Shown: positions 50,794 through 61,538, counted from the first letter of the stretch. The stretch is 64,000 nt of DNA from an uncultured delta proteobacterium (GCA_963771175.1 CAVYSY010000028.1:1-64000); one strand, 5' to 3'. Numbers and translations are program-made. The notes: a model not told the origin generated them from the sequence alone.

Positions 50794-53328
50794 GTGCCCC
50801 CTCGCGCGCCCCCTCCCGGAGCGCGCCAGGGCCCCGGTTGGAGCCTCCCGCGAGAAGGCGCGGTGCTGTTGCTGTTCACCGCGCTCTCGGTGGCCATGAC
50901 CTGGCCGCTCGCCTGGCGTCTGTCCACGCACACCGTGGACGTGGGGGTGGATGACCCGCTGCTCTGCGCGCGCATGCTGGACCACCAGCTCGCGTGGCTC
51001 TCCGGCCAGCGGCGCCTGTTCGACCTCAACTTCTTCTTCCCCCACCCGAACGCGTTCACCACGACGGACATCTCGCTCGGGTTCCTCTACAGCGCCCTGC
51101 CCTTCCTGCCGTTCACCCAGGACAGGCTGACGCTCGTCAACCTGGGCACGTTGCTGAGCTTCGTGCTCACCGGGCATGCGGCGTTCCTCCTCGTGCGGCG
51201 GCTCACCCGTCACCCGGCCGCGGGACTCGTCGCCGGGGCCGCGGCCGCCTTCTGCCTCTGGCGCTTCCACCAGCTCGACCACTGGAACGTGCTGCAGATG
51301 CAGTGGTGGCTGTACCTGGCCTGTGCGCTGCTGTGGCTGCGCGATGGGCCGTCGCCCGGACGGGCCCTGCTCGTCGCCGTGCTCACGTTCGTCACCTTCA
51401 GCGCCACCGTGAACCTCGGCATCTACTCGGTGGCGCTCTCGCTCGCGTTCGGGCTGTACGTGCTCGCGAGCCTGCCCGAGGGTCAGCGCGCGCGCGGCGT
51501 GGCGTACACGGTGGGCGCGGTGGCGCTCGGCGGGTTGATGCTCGTCCCCATCTACGGGCCGTACCTCCTGCAGGCGAAGCTGTATGACATCCAGCGCGCC
51601 ATCGGGGAGATCCAGCTCTACTCGGGGCGCGTGGAGCAGCTCGGGGCCGCGCCGACGTTCAGCAGGCTGTACGGTGCCGGCTCCTCGCACCTCATGGGAC
51701 GCGAGAGCCTCACGTTCCTCGGGTGGACGGTGCTCGTGCTCGCGTTCGCGGGGCTCCTCCTCCCGGAGCTGTCGCGGAAGGAGGGCCGGGCGAGGGCGCT
51801 CGTGCTGTCCATCGCCCTCGGCGGTGGCGCGCTCCTCCTCGCGAGGCTGGGGCTCCAGCAGCCGTGGCTGGCCGTGGCGGCGGTGCTGCTGTTGCTCGCC
51901 ACAGCGCTGGCCGGAGGTCGGCTGGGAGCCTCCGAGGCGCAGCGCGCGGCGTGGCTCTTCGCCAGCGTGGCGGTGTTCTACTTCTTCGCGTCGCTCGGCC
52001 CCGAGGTGTACTGGCGCGAGCGGAGCCTCGGCCCCGGCCTCTGGGCCTGGGTGATGAAGCTGCCCGGCTACAGCACCGTGCGCACGCCCGCGCGCTTCCA
52101 CTTCGCCACGTCGCTGGCCGTCGCGGTGCTCGCGGGAGTGGGGACCTCGGCGCTCCTGGGGTTGAGCCGCTCGCGCACGGTCCAGGGGGTGCTCGGTGCG
52201 CTCGCGATGGGGCTCGTCCTCCTCGAGCTCCACAGCGCGCCGCTGCCGCTGCGCAGGATGACCACCTTCCAGGAGGCGCCGCCCGTGTACGCGTGGCTCG
52301 CGCGCCAGCCGGGGAAGGGCGCGGTGGTGGAGCTGCCCGTCATCGAGGGGCTCGAGCGCTACCGCATGTTCTTCTCCATCATCCACGGCCGGCCCACGGT
52401 GGATGCGGAGAGCGGCTTCATGCTGCCCTCGTGCACCTGGGTGCTGCACCCGAACATGGTGACGGGCGCCGCGCTGCCGAAGCTGGAGGCACTGCGCTGG
52501 GCGGGGCTCGAGTACGCGGTGCTGTATCCGGGCTACCTGCCGCCGGACGCGCAGGCGCGCTACCGCGAAGTGCTGGGGCGTGCGGGTGCGAGTCTCGCCA
52601 CGACGTTCCCGGGCGTGGAGGTCTGGCGGTTCAGCGCGCCGGGAGCGCCCCTGCCCTTCACACCGGAGAACGTGGTCGCGAACGTGGCCACCGGGCCCGC
52701 GCTGAGCGTCGGCCAGCCGCTGCCCGTCCGCGTCGAGCTCGCGCCGAAGGGGACTGCGGCGGTGCACGAGCAGGAGGTGCGCCGGCTCACGGTCATCGTG
52801 GAGTCCGAGGGGCGGAGCTTCCGTGCGCCGCTCTACCTCGCGCCGCCGCTGCTCGTGCCCGCGCAGGTGGAGACGCGCTCGGTGGAGGTGCCGGTGAAGC
52901 TCCCGGCCGGGAAGGCGCGACTCGCGCTCCGGGTAGAGGACGAAGAGGGCCGTGTCCTCGCGAGCGCCAGGGGTGAGTTGCTCGTCACCACGCCCGCCGA
53001 GTGGGCCTCGCGGGAGCGGAGCCTGCGCAATGGGCCCTGTGAGCTTCAGGTTCTCTCCAGCACGCGGGCCCCGTATGGCATTGCCCGCCTGCTCGTGCGC
53101 GCCGGCAACCGGACACAGGACGCCTGGGCCGGCGCGGCGCACCCGAGCGTGGGTTGGACGACGACCGGTGGCGAGCAGGGGACCCGCGTGACGCCGCCAG
53201 CAGTCGCCGCGGGCGAGGACGTACTGCTCACGCTGGGCGTCCCGAGGGCCTCGGGTGAGGCGGTCCGCGTGCGCGTGCTGTCCCCGGATGGGACCGAGCG
53301 CTGCGCGGTGGACGCCGCCCTGCCCTGA
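50794..53328 (+). CDS. Multi-TM membrane protein, probable GT-C-fold glycosyltransferase, with extracytoplasmic C-terminal domains
   Basis: Acidic loop DDP after TM1, FFFPHPN, more than 10 TM segments, RTPARF, VVELP. Confidence 0.7.
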   Translation: MPPRAPPPGARQGPGWSLPREGAVLLLFTALSVAMTWPLAWRLSTHTVDVGVDDPLLCARMLDHQLAWLSGQRRLFDLNFFFPHPNAFTTTDISLGFLYSALPFLPFTQDRLTLVNLGTLLSFVLTGHAAFLLVRRLTRHPAAGLVAGAAAAFCLWRFHQLDHWNVLQMQWWLYLACALLWLRDGPSPGRALLVAVLTFVTFSATVNLGIYSVALSLAFGLYVLASLPEGQRARGVAYTVGAVALGGLMLVPIYGPYLLQAKLYDIQRAIGEIQLYSGRVEQLGAAPTFSRLYGAGSSHLMGRESLTFLGWTVLVLAFAGLLLPELSRKEGRARALVLSIALGGGALLLARLGLQQPWLAVAAVLLLLATALAGGRLGASEAQRAAWLFASVAVFYFFASLGPEVYWRERSLGPGLWAWVMKLPGYSTVRTPARFHFATSLAVAVLAGVGTSALLGLSRSRTVQGVLGALAMGLVLLELHSAPLPLRRMTTFQEAPPVYAWLARQPGKGAVVELPVIEGLERYRMFFSIIHGRPTVDAESGFMLPSCTWVLHPNMVTGAALPKLEALRWAGLEYAVLYPGYLPPDAQARYREVLGRAGASLATTFPGVEVWRFSAPGAPLPFTPENVVANVATGPALSVGQPLPVRVELAPKGTAAVHEQEVRRLTVIVESEGRSFRAPLYLAPPLLVPAQVETRSVEVPVKLPAGKARLALRVEDEEGRVLASARGELLVTTPAEWASRERSLRNGPCELQVLSSTRAPYGIARLLVRAGNRTQDAWAGAAHPSVGWTTTGGEQGTRVTPPAVAAGEDVLLTLGVPRASGEAVRVRVLSPDGTERCAVDAALP

Positions 53329-53408
53329 ATGTGCACAGGCGGGGATTTGGGGGCCCGGGAAGGGGCCTCATCCCCATCCTCAGGCGCTCAGCATCGCGCT
53401 ACGGGGTG

Positions 53409-53789
53409 CTAATCCTCTGGGTCGTCCACGTAATCAAGCGCGATTTGGGCCTGTTCACGGTAGAGCGGCACGACCTCAACGGCCAACACGCTCTCCAGCA
53501 CCGTTCGCGCTCCAGTCACGTCATCCGCTTTCTTGCGGCGGGCGGAATCAACGAGCGCCCGGGATAGTCGCCGACTTCCCTCGAAAATCCGGCGGCGCAT
53601 CTCTCGCACGAGTGTTTCCGCGCCCGCCAGGGTGAGCAGTGCGCGTTCTGCGTCGTCATGGCTGATAGCGATGTCCCGAGCCACTCGCCGGCAGAGATCG
53701 CGCACGTCGGCGTTTAGTTCTATCGCCTCGTTCCGCTCAAGCTTTGCATATAGCCCAAGCACCCTGTCCCAATCGTGGGGCTCTCCCAT
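53409..53789 (-). CDS. DUSAM (DUF2379) domain protein
   Basis: DW..V..L, RRIFEGSRRL, GARTVLESVLAVEVVPLYREQA. Confidence 0.85.
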   Translation of the reverse strand: MGEPHDWDRVLGLYAKLERNEAIELNADVRDLCRRVARDIAISHDDAERALLTLAGAETLVREMRRRIFEGSRRLSRALVDSARRKKADDVTGARTVLESVLAVEVVPLYREQAQIALDYVDDPED

Positions 53790-53796
53790 CCCTGCA

Positions 53797-54173
53797 TCAC
53801 CTCGTTTTTTGCCAGCACATTTGGAAGGGCCATTGGTGCTCTGCACAGGACGTAGGTGTCTCGGCAGTGCTCCCGCCATCCCTCGTCAGGGTCATCTGCC
53901 TCCTCCCCTTCGCCCTCACCTGCTCCCTCGTCTGTCCTTCGTTGTAGAGCGTCCTCGACCATCACCCCAGCCTCTATCGCCTCCTCTATGTCCACAGCAG
54001 TGGCGCCACAGGCGCCCACCGGGTCGTATGGGAACTTCTGGATGCAACACGTCATGGTGTTGTTTCCGCAGTCGCTCAGGCCGATAGCAGCTGTTCCAGC
54101 CCGAGCAACCCGACGCGAGCACGATCCACGGTACAGCCGCCCCAAGGCGCAGGACGCAATTCAGGCCTTCCAT
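53797..54173 (-). pseudogene. Cys-rich lipoprotein upstream of DUSAM, frameshifted and apparently internally deleted
   Basis: Lipobox VLASGC, then shifted frame CCIQKFP..ACG..WREHCRDTYVLC, then QWPFQMCWQKTR* in another frame. Confidence 0.6.
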
Positions 54174-54684
54174 GCCTCCGATGCCAGGCAGGTCAACCAT
54201 GGGATGCCAGAAAGGGACAGGGCGTGACAGGCCACCAGCGTGGCCAGAGTGACGTTGACGCCGCCCCCTCGAGTAGAAGTTCATCAACCTCCCCCGCCTC
54301 CGCTCCTCGACGAGGGTCTGCAGCAGGTAGTTGCAGTGGCCCAGCGCCCGGAGCAGGAACCTCCAGCCTCCCGCCTGCTCCTCCCCCACCGTTCGCTCCG
54401 CCATCCCCGCTTCCTCCCGACGCTCCGGGCGCTCCAGACTCCCCGGCGCGCCCCACTGCCTCCCGTTAAAGGAGGCTCCAGCGCCGCTCCCTCCGCCCTC
54501 GCATCCAGCCTGGGCCTCGCCCGGTCGGCTGCAAGACAGAGATGCCTCTGCAGGTCATGATGCGCTGCGGTATAGAAGGCCTCGCCCCAGCGGACCATGA
54601 CTCAGCCACCACCCGGGCTTTTCCGGACTGCAATCTTCTGCTGAAATTGGTCAGAGAGGGCCTGACTTCGTCAGGGGGACGGAA

Positions 54685-57636
54685 GTGGAGAGCCTGAAGC
54701 CGCGACAGCCGGAGCCATCCGCGGCCCTACCCGAGACGGAGGGTCCGCCGCACCCGGACGACTGCCCGGGTTGCGCCCGGTGCGTGTCGGACGCGCTGGA
54801 GCGCGAGCTGCTGCGCGCCCACGCGCTGCTGGTCGACCCCGAGGCCGAGCCCACCCGCGTCGTCGGCGCGCCCCCTCCCCTGCCCTCGGAGACTCCCGCG
54901 GCGCTGCCCCGGGGCACCTCGGTGGGGCGCTACCTCGTGCTGGAGCGGCTGGGCACCGGCGGCATGGGCGAGGTGTACGCGGCGTTCGACCCACAGCTCA
55001 ACCGCAAGGTGGCCATCAAGCTGCTGCTGCCGGGAGGCGAGGGGCTGGAGCCGGGCGAGGCCCATGCGCGCCTGCTGAGCGAGGCCCGCGCCATGGCCCG
55101 GCTCTCCCACCCCAACGTGCTGCCCGTCTACGACATCGGCGAGCACGGCACGCGGGTGTTCATCGCCCTGGAATTGGTGGAGGGCAGCACCCTGCGCCAG
55201 TGGCTCAAGGCGCAGCCGCGGCACTGGCACGAGGTGGTGGACGTGCTCACCCTGGCCGGTCGGGGACTGGCGGCCGCCCACGCCGTGGGGCTCGTGCACC
55301 GCGACTTCAAGCCAGACAACGTGCTGGTGGGCAAGGACGGGCGCGTGCTCGTCTACGACTTCGGCCTCGCCTGCGAGCAGGGCACCGGCACTCCCGACTC
55401 GCCCACCCCGATGGACCTGGGCGCCATCCTCGGCGCCGAGCCCCTCTCCCCGGACGGCTCGCTCTCCCGCCCCACCCACCCGAGCACCCAGCCGCGCGAG
55501 ACGCCGGTGACGCGCGCCGGCAACATCATGGGCACCCCGGGCTACATGGCCCCCGAGCAGTACCGCCAGGAGCCCGTCACCGCCCAGGCCGACCAGTTCA
55601 GCTTCTGCGCCACCCTCTACTACGCCCTCTACCGCGAGCACGCCTTCGTGGGCGCCGGCGCCGCCGCGCTCGCCCGCGCCACGCTGGAGGGCCACGTGCG
55701 TCCCCCCTCCCGCGACTCGCGCGTGCCGGGCTGGGTGCGCGAAATCGTCCTCAAGGGGCTCAGCCTCCAGCCCCAGGAGCGCCACGCCTCCCTGGAGGTG
55801 CTGCTCGAGGCGCTCCATGACGATCCGCGCGTGCGCCGCCGCCGCCGGGTGTTCATCACCGTGGCCGCCGGCTTCCTGCTCGCCACGGTGGCCGGCGCGG
55901 TGGGCGAGTGGCACCAGCGCAAGAGCGCCTGCGAGAGCGTGGACGGGCGGCTGGCCGGGGTGTGGGACGGCGCGCGCCAGCAGGTCGTGGAGAAGGCCTT
56001 CCTCGCCACGAGCCAGCCCTACGCGGCGGATGCCTGGGCCGGGGTGAGGAGCGCGCTCGACGCCTACGCCTCCGACTGGGTGGGCCAGCAGCGCGAGGCG
56101 TGCGAGGCGACGCGGCTGCGGGGAGAGACCAGCGAGGAGGTGCTCACCGTGCGCACCGCGTGCCTGGAGCGCCGCCGCTCCGAGCTGCGGGCCCTCACCG
56201 ACGTGCTCGCCCAGGCGGATGCCTCCGTGGTGGAGCGCTCGGTGGAGGCCGTGCGCGGCCTGTCCGAGCTGGCTCCCTGTCACGAGGTGGATCCGCTCGC
56301 CGCGCGCGTGTCGCTGCCCGCGGACGCCCGGGTGGCCAAGCGGGTGGAGGACCTGCGTGCCTCGCTCTCGCGGGCCCGGGCCCTGCGCATGTCGGGCCAG
56401 TACGCGGCGGGGCTCGCGGTGGTCGCCCCCGTGGCCGCCGAGGCGCGCACGCTGGGCTACCGTCCCCTGGAGGCCGAGGCCCTCCTGGAATGGGGCCAGC
56501 AGCAGGCGGGCTTCGGCAATCCCGAGGCCGAGCGCCACCTCAAGGAGGCCTCGTGGACGGCCGACGAGGTGCGGCTCGACGAGGTGCGCGCCGAGGCGCT
56601 GGTGACCCTCACCCAGCTCGTCGCCTATGACGCCACGCGCGTGCGGGACGGGCACGACTGGTACCACCAGGCCCGCGCCCTGCTGGTGCGCACCCGGCGC
56701 GAGGGGCGGCTGCTCGCGGAGCTCGAGAGCGCCCACGGGCTGGTGTACGCCGCCGAGGGAGATGCGGTCGCGGCCGAGGCCTCGCAGCGCAACGCGCTCG
56801 CCGCGCTGGAGCAGGCCTCGCTCCGCGAGGACCCGGAGCGGGCGATGGTGCTGCGCCGGCTGGGCAACACGCTGACGGCCCAGGGTCGCCACGAGGAGGC
56901 CCTGCCCGTGTACAAGAGCGCGCACGCGACGTTCCGCCGGGCGCTCGGGGCCGAGCACCCACGCGTGGGCAGCACCCTGGTGAACATCGGCACCACGCTG
57001 AGCGCGCTGGGCCGCCATGCCGAGGCGCTGGTGCCGCTGCGGCCGGGGGTGGCCACCCTGGAGCGCACGCTGCCGGAGCGCCACCCGTTCCGCGCGGTGG
57101 CGCTGGACGCGCTGGGCGCGGCGCTGTGGCGGGACGGGAAGGCGAGCGAGGCGGTGCGGGTGCTGCACCGGGCGGTGGAGGCGGCGGAGCGGATGCGCGG
57201 GCCGGAGCACCCGGACGTGGCGCAGCCGTGCAGCACGCTGGGGCAGGTGCTGATGGACCTGGGGCGCCCCACCGAGGCCCTGGGCTTCTTCGAGCGCTCC
57301 CGGCGCATCCGCGAGCAGGCGCTCGGGCGGGAGCACCCGGAGCTGGCCTTCTCGCTGACGGGCCAGGGCGAGGCGCTGCTGAAGCTGGGCCGTGCCGCCG
57401 AGGCGCTCGCGCCGCTGGAGCGGGCGCTGGCGCTGCGCGAGTCCCGTCCGGTGCCGCCGGTGGAGCTGGCCGAGACGCGCTTCGCGCTGGCGCGCGCGCT
57501 GTGGGAGACGCGCCAGGACACGACGCGGGCCCGGCAGCTCGCGAAGCAGGCCGAGAGCACGCTGGAGCACCCCGGCTCCGAGGGCCTGCGCGCCCGCGTC
57601 CAGGCGTGGCTCGGGGCCCGGACGCCTCGCGGGTAG
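54685..57636 (+). CDS. Membrane Ser/Thr protein kinase with C-terminal TPR repeats
   Basis: LGTGGMGEVY, VAIK, HRDFKPDN, DFGLA, GTPGYMAPEQ; TM helix; LG.EHP TPR units. Confidence 0.95.
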   Translation: MESLKPRQPEPSAALPETEGPPHPDDCPGCARCVSDALERELLRAHALLVDPEAEPTRVVGAPPPLPSETPAALPRGTSVGRYLVLERLGTGGMGEVYAAFDPQLNRKVAIKLLLPGGEGLEPGEAHARLLSEARAMARLSHPNVLPVYDIGEHGTRVFIALELVEGSTLRQWLKAQPRHWHEVVDVLTLAGRGLAAAHAVGLVHRDFKPDNVLVGKDGRVLVYDFGLACEQGTGTPDSPTPMDLGAILGAEPLSPDGSLSRPTHPSTQPRETPVTRAGNIMGTPGYMAPEQYRQEPVTAQADQFSFCATLYYALYREHAFVGAGAAALARATLEGHVRPPSRDSRVPGWVREIVLKGLSLQPQERHASLEVLLEALHDDPRVRRRRRVFITVAAGFLLATVAGAVGEWHQRKSACESVDGRLAGVWDGARQQVVEKAFLATSQPYAADAWAGVRSALDAYASDWVGQQREACEATRLRGETSEEVLTVRTACLERRRSELRALTDVLAQADASVVERSVEAVRGLSELAPCHEVDPLAARVSLPADARVAKRVEDLRASLSRARALRMSGQYAAGLAVVAPVAAEARTLGYRPLEAEALLEWGQQQAGFGNPEAERHLKEASWTADEVRLDEVRAEALVTLTQLVAYDATRVRDGHDWYHQARALLVRTRREGRLLAELESAHGLVYAAEGDAVAAEASQRNALAALEQASLREDPERAMVLRRLGNTLTAQGRHEEALPVYKSAHATFRRALGAEHPRVGSTLVNIGTTLSALGRHAEALVPLRPGVATLERTLPERHPFRAVALDALGAALWRDGKASEAVRVLHRAVEAAERMRGPEHPDVAQPCSTLGQVLMDLGRPTEALGFFERSRRIREQALGREHPELAFSLTGQGEALLKLGRAAEALAPLERALALRESRPVPPVELAETRFALARALWETRQDTTRARQLAKQAESTLEHPGSEGLRARVQAWLGARTPRG

Positions 57637-57689
57637 AGAGCGGCCCCCCCCTTGTCGTCCCTCCGCGTGCGGTGACACCCTGCGCGGCA

Positions 57690-60600
57690 ATGACGCACTC
57701 CTGGACTGCCCGCTGTGCCCTGGCGCTGCTCGTGCTGCAACTCGCGAGCGCTTGTGATTCGAAGCCGCCCACTCCCCCTCCGGCCGACACGGACACTACC
57801 GCCCCGAGCACCCGGGCGAGCCCGGCCGGCGGCGCGTACACCGCGGATGTCACCGTCTCGCTGCTGTGCGACGACGGCACCGGCAGCGGCTGCGCGGCCA
57901 CGTACTACACCACCGACGGCTCCGAGCCCTCGCGCGGCTCGCCCACCTTCCGGGACGCGCTTCCCCTCTCGGCCAACACCACGCTCAAGTTCTTCTCGGT
58001 GGACAAGCAGGGCAACGCCGAGCCCGTGAAGTCCGAGCTGTACACCTTCACCTCCACCGGCGGTGACACGCAGCCGCCCACGGTGAGCGCCTCGCCCGTC
58101 GGGGGCACGTATGGCGGCGCGCGCACGGTGACGCTCTCCTGCGAGGACGCGGGCGGCTCCGGCTGCGCCGCCCTCCACTACACACTGGATGGAGCCATGC
58201 CGACGACGGGCTCGCCGCTCTACTCCGGCCCCCTCGCCCTCGCCTCCAACACCACGCTCAAGTTCTTCGCCGTGGATGGCGCCGGCAATGCCTCGCCCGT
58301 CAGCATCCAGGTGTACGTCATCGACACCACCGCCCCCACGACGCTCGTCTCTCTCCCGGGCGACGTCTACGCCCAGTCCCAGCAGGTGACACTCTCCTGT
58401 GACGACGCGGGCGGCAGCGGCTGCACGGCCACGTACTACACGGTGGACGGCTCCACGCCGACGACGGGCTCGCCCCGCTACACCGGCGCCCTCTCCCTCT
58501 CGGCCACCACCACGCTCAAGTTCTTCTCCGTGGACGCCGCCGGCAACCGCGAGTCCGTCCACACCGAGCGCTACGTCATCGACCTCCTCGCCCCCACCAC
58601 CACCGCCCGTCCCGCGGGTGGCGCGTACAACAGCCGGCAGGACGTGACGCTCTCCTGCAATGACGGCGTGGGCACCGGGTGCGCCGCCACGCACTTCACG
58701 CTGAACGGCTCCATGCCCACCACCCTCTCGCCCCGCTACACCGAGGGCACCGTCATTCCCATCTCGGCCAACACCACGCTGAAGTTCTTCTCCGTGGACG
58801 CCGCCGGCAACACCGAGCCCGTCCAGACGCAGACGTACTTCATCGACACCACCCCGCCCACCACCACCGCCAGCCCCGGGGCCGGCACCTATGGTGGGAC
58901 GCGCAACGTGACGCTCTCCTGTACCGACGACGCGGGCAGCGGCTGCAAGGTGACGTACTACACGACGAATGGCACCGCCCCCGGAGCGGGCTCGCCCCAG
59001 TACGAGGCGGGCAAGCCCATCGCCATCACCGCCAACACCGTGCTGCGCTTCCTCTCGGTGGACACCGCCGGCAACGCCGAGCCCGTGCAGGTGCTGGAGT
59101 ACAAGCTCGACGTCCTGCCGCCCGTCACCACCGCCTCGCCCCAGGGCGGCGCCTACAAGGCCGCGAGGGACGTGACGCTGGCGTGCGCGGATGCCACCAG
59201 CACATGCTCGGCCACGTACTACACGCTGGATGGCACCACGCCCGGCACCAACTCCCCGCGGTATGACGGCACGCCGCTGCACATCGCCACCAGTGCCACG
59301 CTGAAGTTCTTCTCCGTGGACGCGGTGGGCAACGCCGAGCCCGTGCACACCGAGGGCTATGTCATCGACACCGTGGTGCCCACCGTCTCGGCCAACCCGG
59401 CGGGCGGCTTCTTCCGTGGCACCCGCGGCGTGACGCTCTCGTGTGACGACGGCACGGGCTCGGGCTGCGTGGGCTTCATCTGGTACACCACCAACGGCTC
59501 CGAGCCCACCACCGCCTCGAGCGTCTACTCCGCCCCCCTCTCCCTCTCCGCCACCACCACGCTCAAGTTCTTCTCCAAGGACGCGGTGGGCAACGACTCG
59601 GCGGTGCGGACGGAGACGTACACCCTCGACGCCCAGAGCCCCACCACGTCGGCCAGCCCGCCGGGCGGCAGCGTCTCGGACACCGTCAACGTGACGCTCG
59701 CCTGCGACGACGCGGGCGGCTCGGGCTGCGACGGCACCTGGTACACGGTGGACGGCTCCACCCCCACCACGAGCTCCACGCGCTACGACTCCTCGGCCAT
59801 CTCCATCTCCGCGACCACCACGCTCAAGTTCTTCTCCGTGGACAAGGTCGGCAACGTCGAGCCCGTGCGCACCGAGACGTATGTGTTCCCAGACCCGGCC
59901 GCGGACACCTCGGCGCAGATCGCCGCCGTGCGCGCCGCGGAGGCGGGCCCGGTCGACCTCCCCATCCAGCGGGCGCTCGTCACCTACGTGAAGCCGCCGA
60001 CGGGCAACGACCCGGCCGGCTTCTTCCTCCAGGCGCAGAAGGATGGCCCAGCCCTCTTCGTCGTGGTGGACGCGAGCACGCTGTCCCCCTCGCCGCTTCC
60101 AGGTGACCGCGTGTCGCTGGTGGCCACCACCAAGGACGTGGTGGTCGGCCAGACGCGCGTAACGAGCCTCCAGTCCGGATCCTTCGTCGTGCACGGCCGG
60201 GGCGAGCCCCTGACGCCGCTGCTCTCCGACGCGAGCGCCGCGGACCTCATCACCCAGGTGGAGGACTACGAGAGCGAGTACCTCTCCGTCTCCGGCACGC
60301 TGAGCGGCACTTTCGGCTCCTCCGGCGCCGGGCACATGCAGGCGAGCCTGTCCACGGTGGGCAACCCCAACGCGCCGGGCGCCTTCACCAACCTGAAGCT
60401 GCGCATGCCCTCGCCGCTGCTCACGACGCTACAGGGCAGGTACGACCTCGCCCTGGGCTGCTCCGTCACCACCACCGGGCCGCTGTGGCGCTTCGGCACG
60501 ACGGTCCAGCCGTCCGCCTGGGTGGAGGAGGACCTGCAGGTGCTGAGCTGCCCCGCGCCCCGGCTGCTGTACGTGGTGCCCACCAGCGGCACCTCGCTCT

Positions 60601-61493
60601 CGTTGCGCTTCGATCGGCGCATCCGCCCGGAGAGCGTGCTCTCCAGCGGCGGCCAGTTCACCTTCGACAACGGGCTGGTGGCCACGAGCGCCACCGTGGT
60701 GGACACCGAGGTGCGGCTGACCACCTCCTCACAGGTGGCCGGGAGCGACTACACGCTGACGGTGGCCGGCACCGTGCAGGACGTCATGGGCACGGGCGTG
60801 GACGCGACGACCCGGAGCAAGTCCTTCGTCGGCTTCGAGAAGCCCGCCCTGCTGAACATCAACGAGGTGGCTCCCAATCTGAGCACCGGGATTCCCTCCG
60901 TCCAGCGAGACGTCGTGGAGCTGTATGTCGTCGAGTCCGGCAGCACCGTGAACATGACGCTGACGACGGACAACTTCGTCGTGGCGACGCTGCCCCGAGT
61001 GCAGGTGACGAAGGGCGACATCATCGTGGTCCACCTGAGCCCGGACACCGCGACGAACGGGGATGCGCCGGCCTCGGAGACGCTCGGCAAGGACGAGTAC
61101 CCCGAGGCCACCCATGGCGCCAACTACGACACCGCGTGGGACTTCCACGGCGCCTCCAACGGCTTCATCTCGTACACGAACGCGGTGCTGCGCGTGAAGG
61201 ATCCGGCGGGCACCACCCTGGACGCGGAGGCCTTCGCCCAGCCCTCCATGTCGCCCCCCGGCTTCCCCGCCCTGCTCCAGGCCCTCCAGGCCGAGGGGTT
61301 GTGGCAGCCCGCCGACTGCGGTGGGGCCCTGTGCACGTACAGCTCCGTCCCCTCGGCGCTCGACGTCTCCGCCAACTGGGCGGGCCTGCCCAACAGCCGG
61401 TCCACCACGGTGTACCGGATCAACCCGACCTATACCCGCTCGGCGGACGACTGGACCACGGGCCCGAGCTCCCTGGGCCTGCCCAACTGGTAG
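57690..61493 (+). CDS. Surface lipoprotein with 8 chitobiase/beta-hexosaminidase-C (Fn3-associated) repeats and a lamin-tail-like C-terminal domain
   Basis: Lipobox ASAC; eight P.GG.Y..VTLSC.D..GSGC..YT.DG..P..TTLKFFSVD..GN units; LNINEV..DVVELY. Confidence 0.88.
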   Translation: MTHSWTARCALALLVLQLASACDSKPPTPPPADTDTTAPSTRASPAGGAYTADVTVSLLCDDGTGSGCAATYYTTDGSEPSRGSPTFRDALPLSANTTLKFFSVDKQGNAEPVKSELYTFTSTGGDTQPPTVSASPVGGTYGGARTVTLSCEDAGGSGCAALHYTLDGAMPTTGSPLYSGPLALASNTTLKFFAVDGAGNASPVSIQVYVIDTTAPTTLVSLPGDVYAQSQQVTLSCDDAGGSGCTATYYTVDGSTPTTGSPRYTGALSLSATTTLKFFSVDAAGNRESVHTERYVIDLLAPTTTARPAGGAYNSRQDVTLSCNDGVGTGCAATHFTLNGSMPTTLSPRYTEGTVIPISANTTLKFFSVDAAGNTEPVQTQTYFIDTTPPTTTASPGAGTYGGTRNVTLSCTDDAGSGCKVTYYTTNGTAPGAGSPQYEAGKPIAITANTVLRFLSVDTAGNAEPVQVLEYKLDVLPPVTTASPQGGAYKAARDVTLACADATSTCSATYYTLDGTTPGTNSPRYDGTPLHIATSATLKFFSVDAVGNAEPVHTEGYVIDTVVPTVSANPAGGFFRGTRGVTLSCDDGTGSGCVGFIWYTTNGSEPTTASSVYSAPLSLSATTTLKFFSKDAVGNDSAVRTETYTLDAQSPTTSASPPGGSVSDTVNVTLACDDAGGSGCDGTWYTVDGSTPTTSSTRYDSSAISISATTTLKFFSVDKVGNVEPVRTETYVFPDPAADTSAQIAAVRAAEAGPVDLPIQRALVTYVKPPTGNDPAGFFLQAQKDGPALFVVVDASTLSPSPLPGDRVSLVATTKDVVVGQTRVTSLQSGSFVVHGRGEPLTPLLSDASAADLITQVEDYESEYLSVSGTLSGTFGSSGAGHMQASLSTVGNPNAPGAFTNLKLRMPSPLLTTLQGRYDLALGCSVTTTGPLWRFGTTVQPSAWVEEDLQVLSCPAPRLLYVVPTSGTSLSLRFDRRIRPESVLSSGGQFTFDNGLVATSATVVDTEVRLTTSSQVAGSDYTLTVAGTVQDVMGTGVDATTRSKSFVGFEKPALLNINEVAPNLSTGIPSVQRDVVELYVVESGSTVNMTLTTDNFVVATLPRVQVTKGDIIVVHLSPDTATNGDAPASETLGKDEYPEATHGANYDTAWDFHGASNGFISYTNAVLRVKDPAGTTLDAEAFAQPSMSPPGFPALLQALQAEGLWQPADCGGALCTYSSVPSALDVSANWAGLPNSRSTTVYRINPTYTRSADDWTTGPSSLGLPNW

Positions 61494-61538
61494 CACCGGG
61501 TCCGAAGAGAGGGGCACCCGCCGGGCGCGATCTCGAGC

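Noticed and set aside
49111..53142. 1343-aa minus-strand ORF and similar long antisense ORFs (19270-22212, 38983-41703, 54727-57690, 56625-60335)
   Set aside because: Shadow frames of high-GC genes on the opposite strand, with no recognisable motifs.
54230..54404. Short minus-strand ORF piece (WRFLLRALGHCNYLLQTLVEERRR)
   Set aside because: No recognisable family and no clear gene boundaries.
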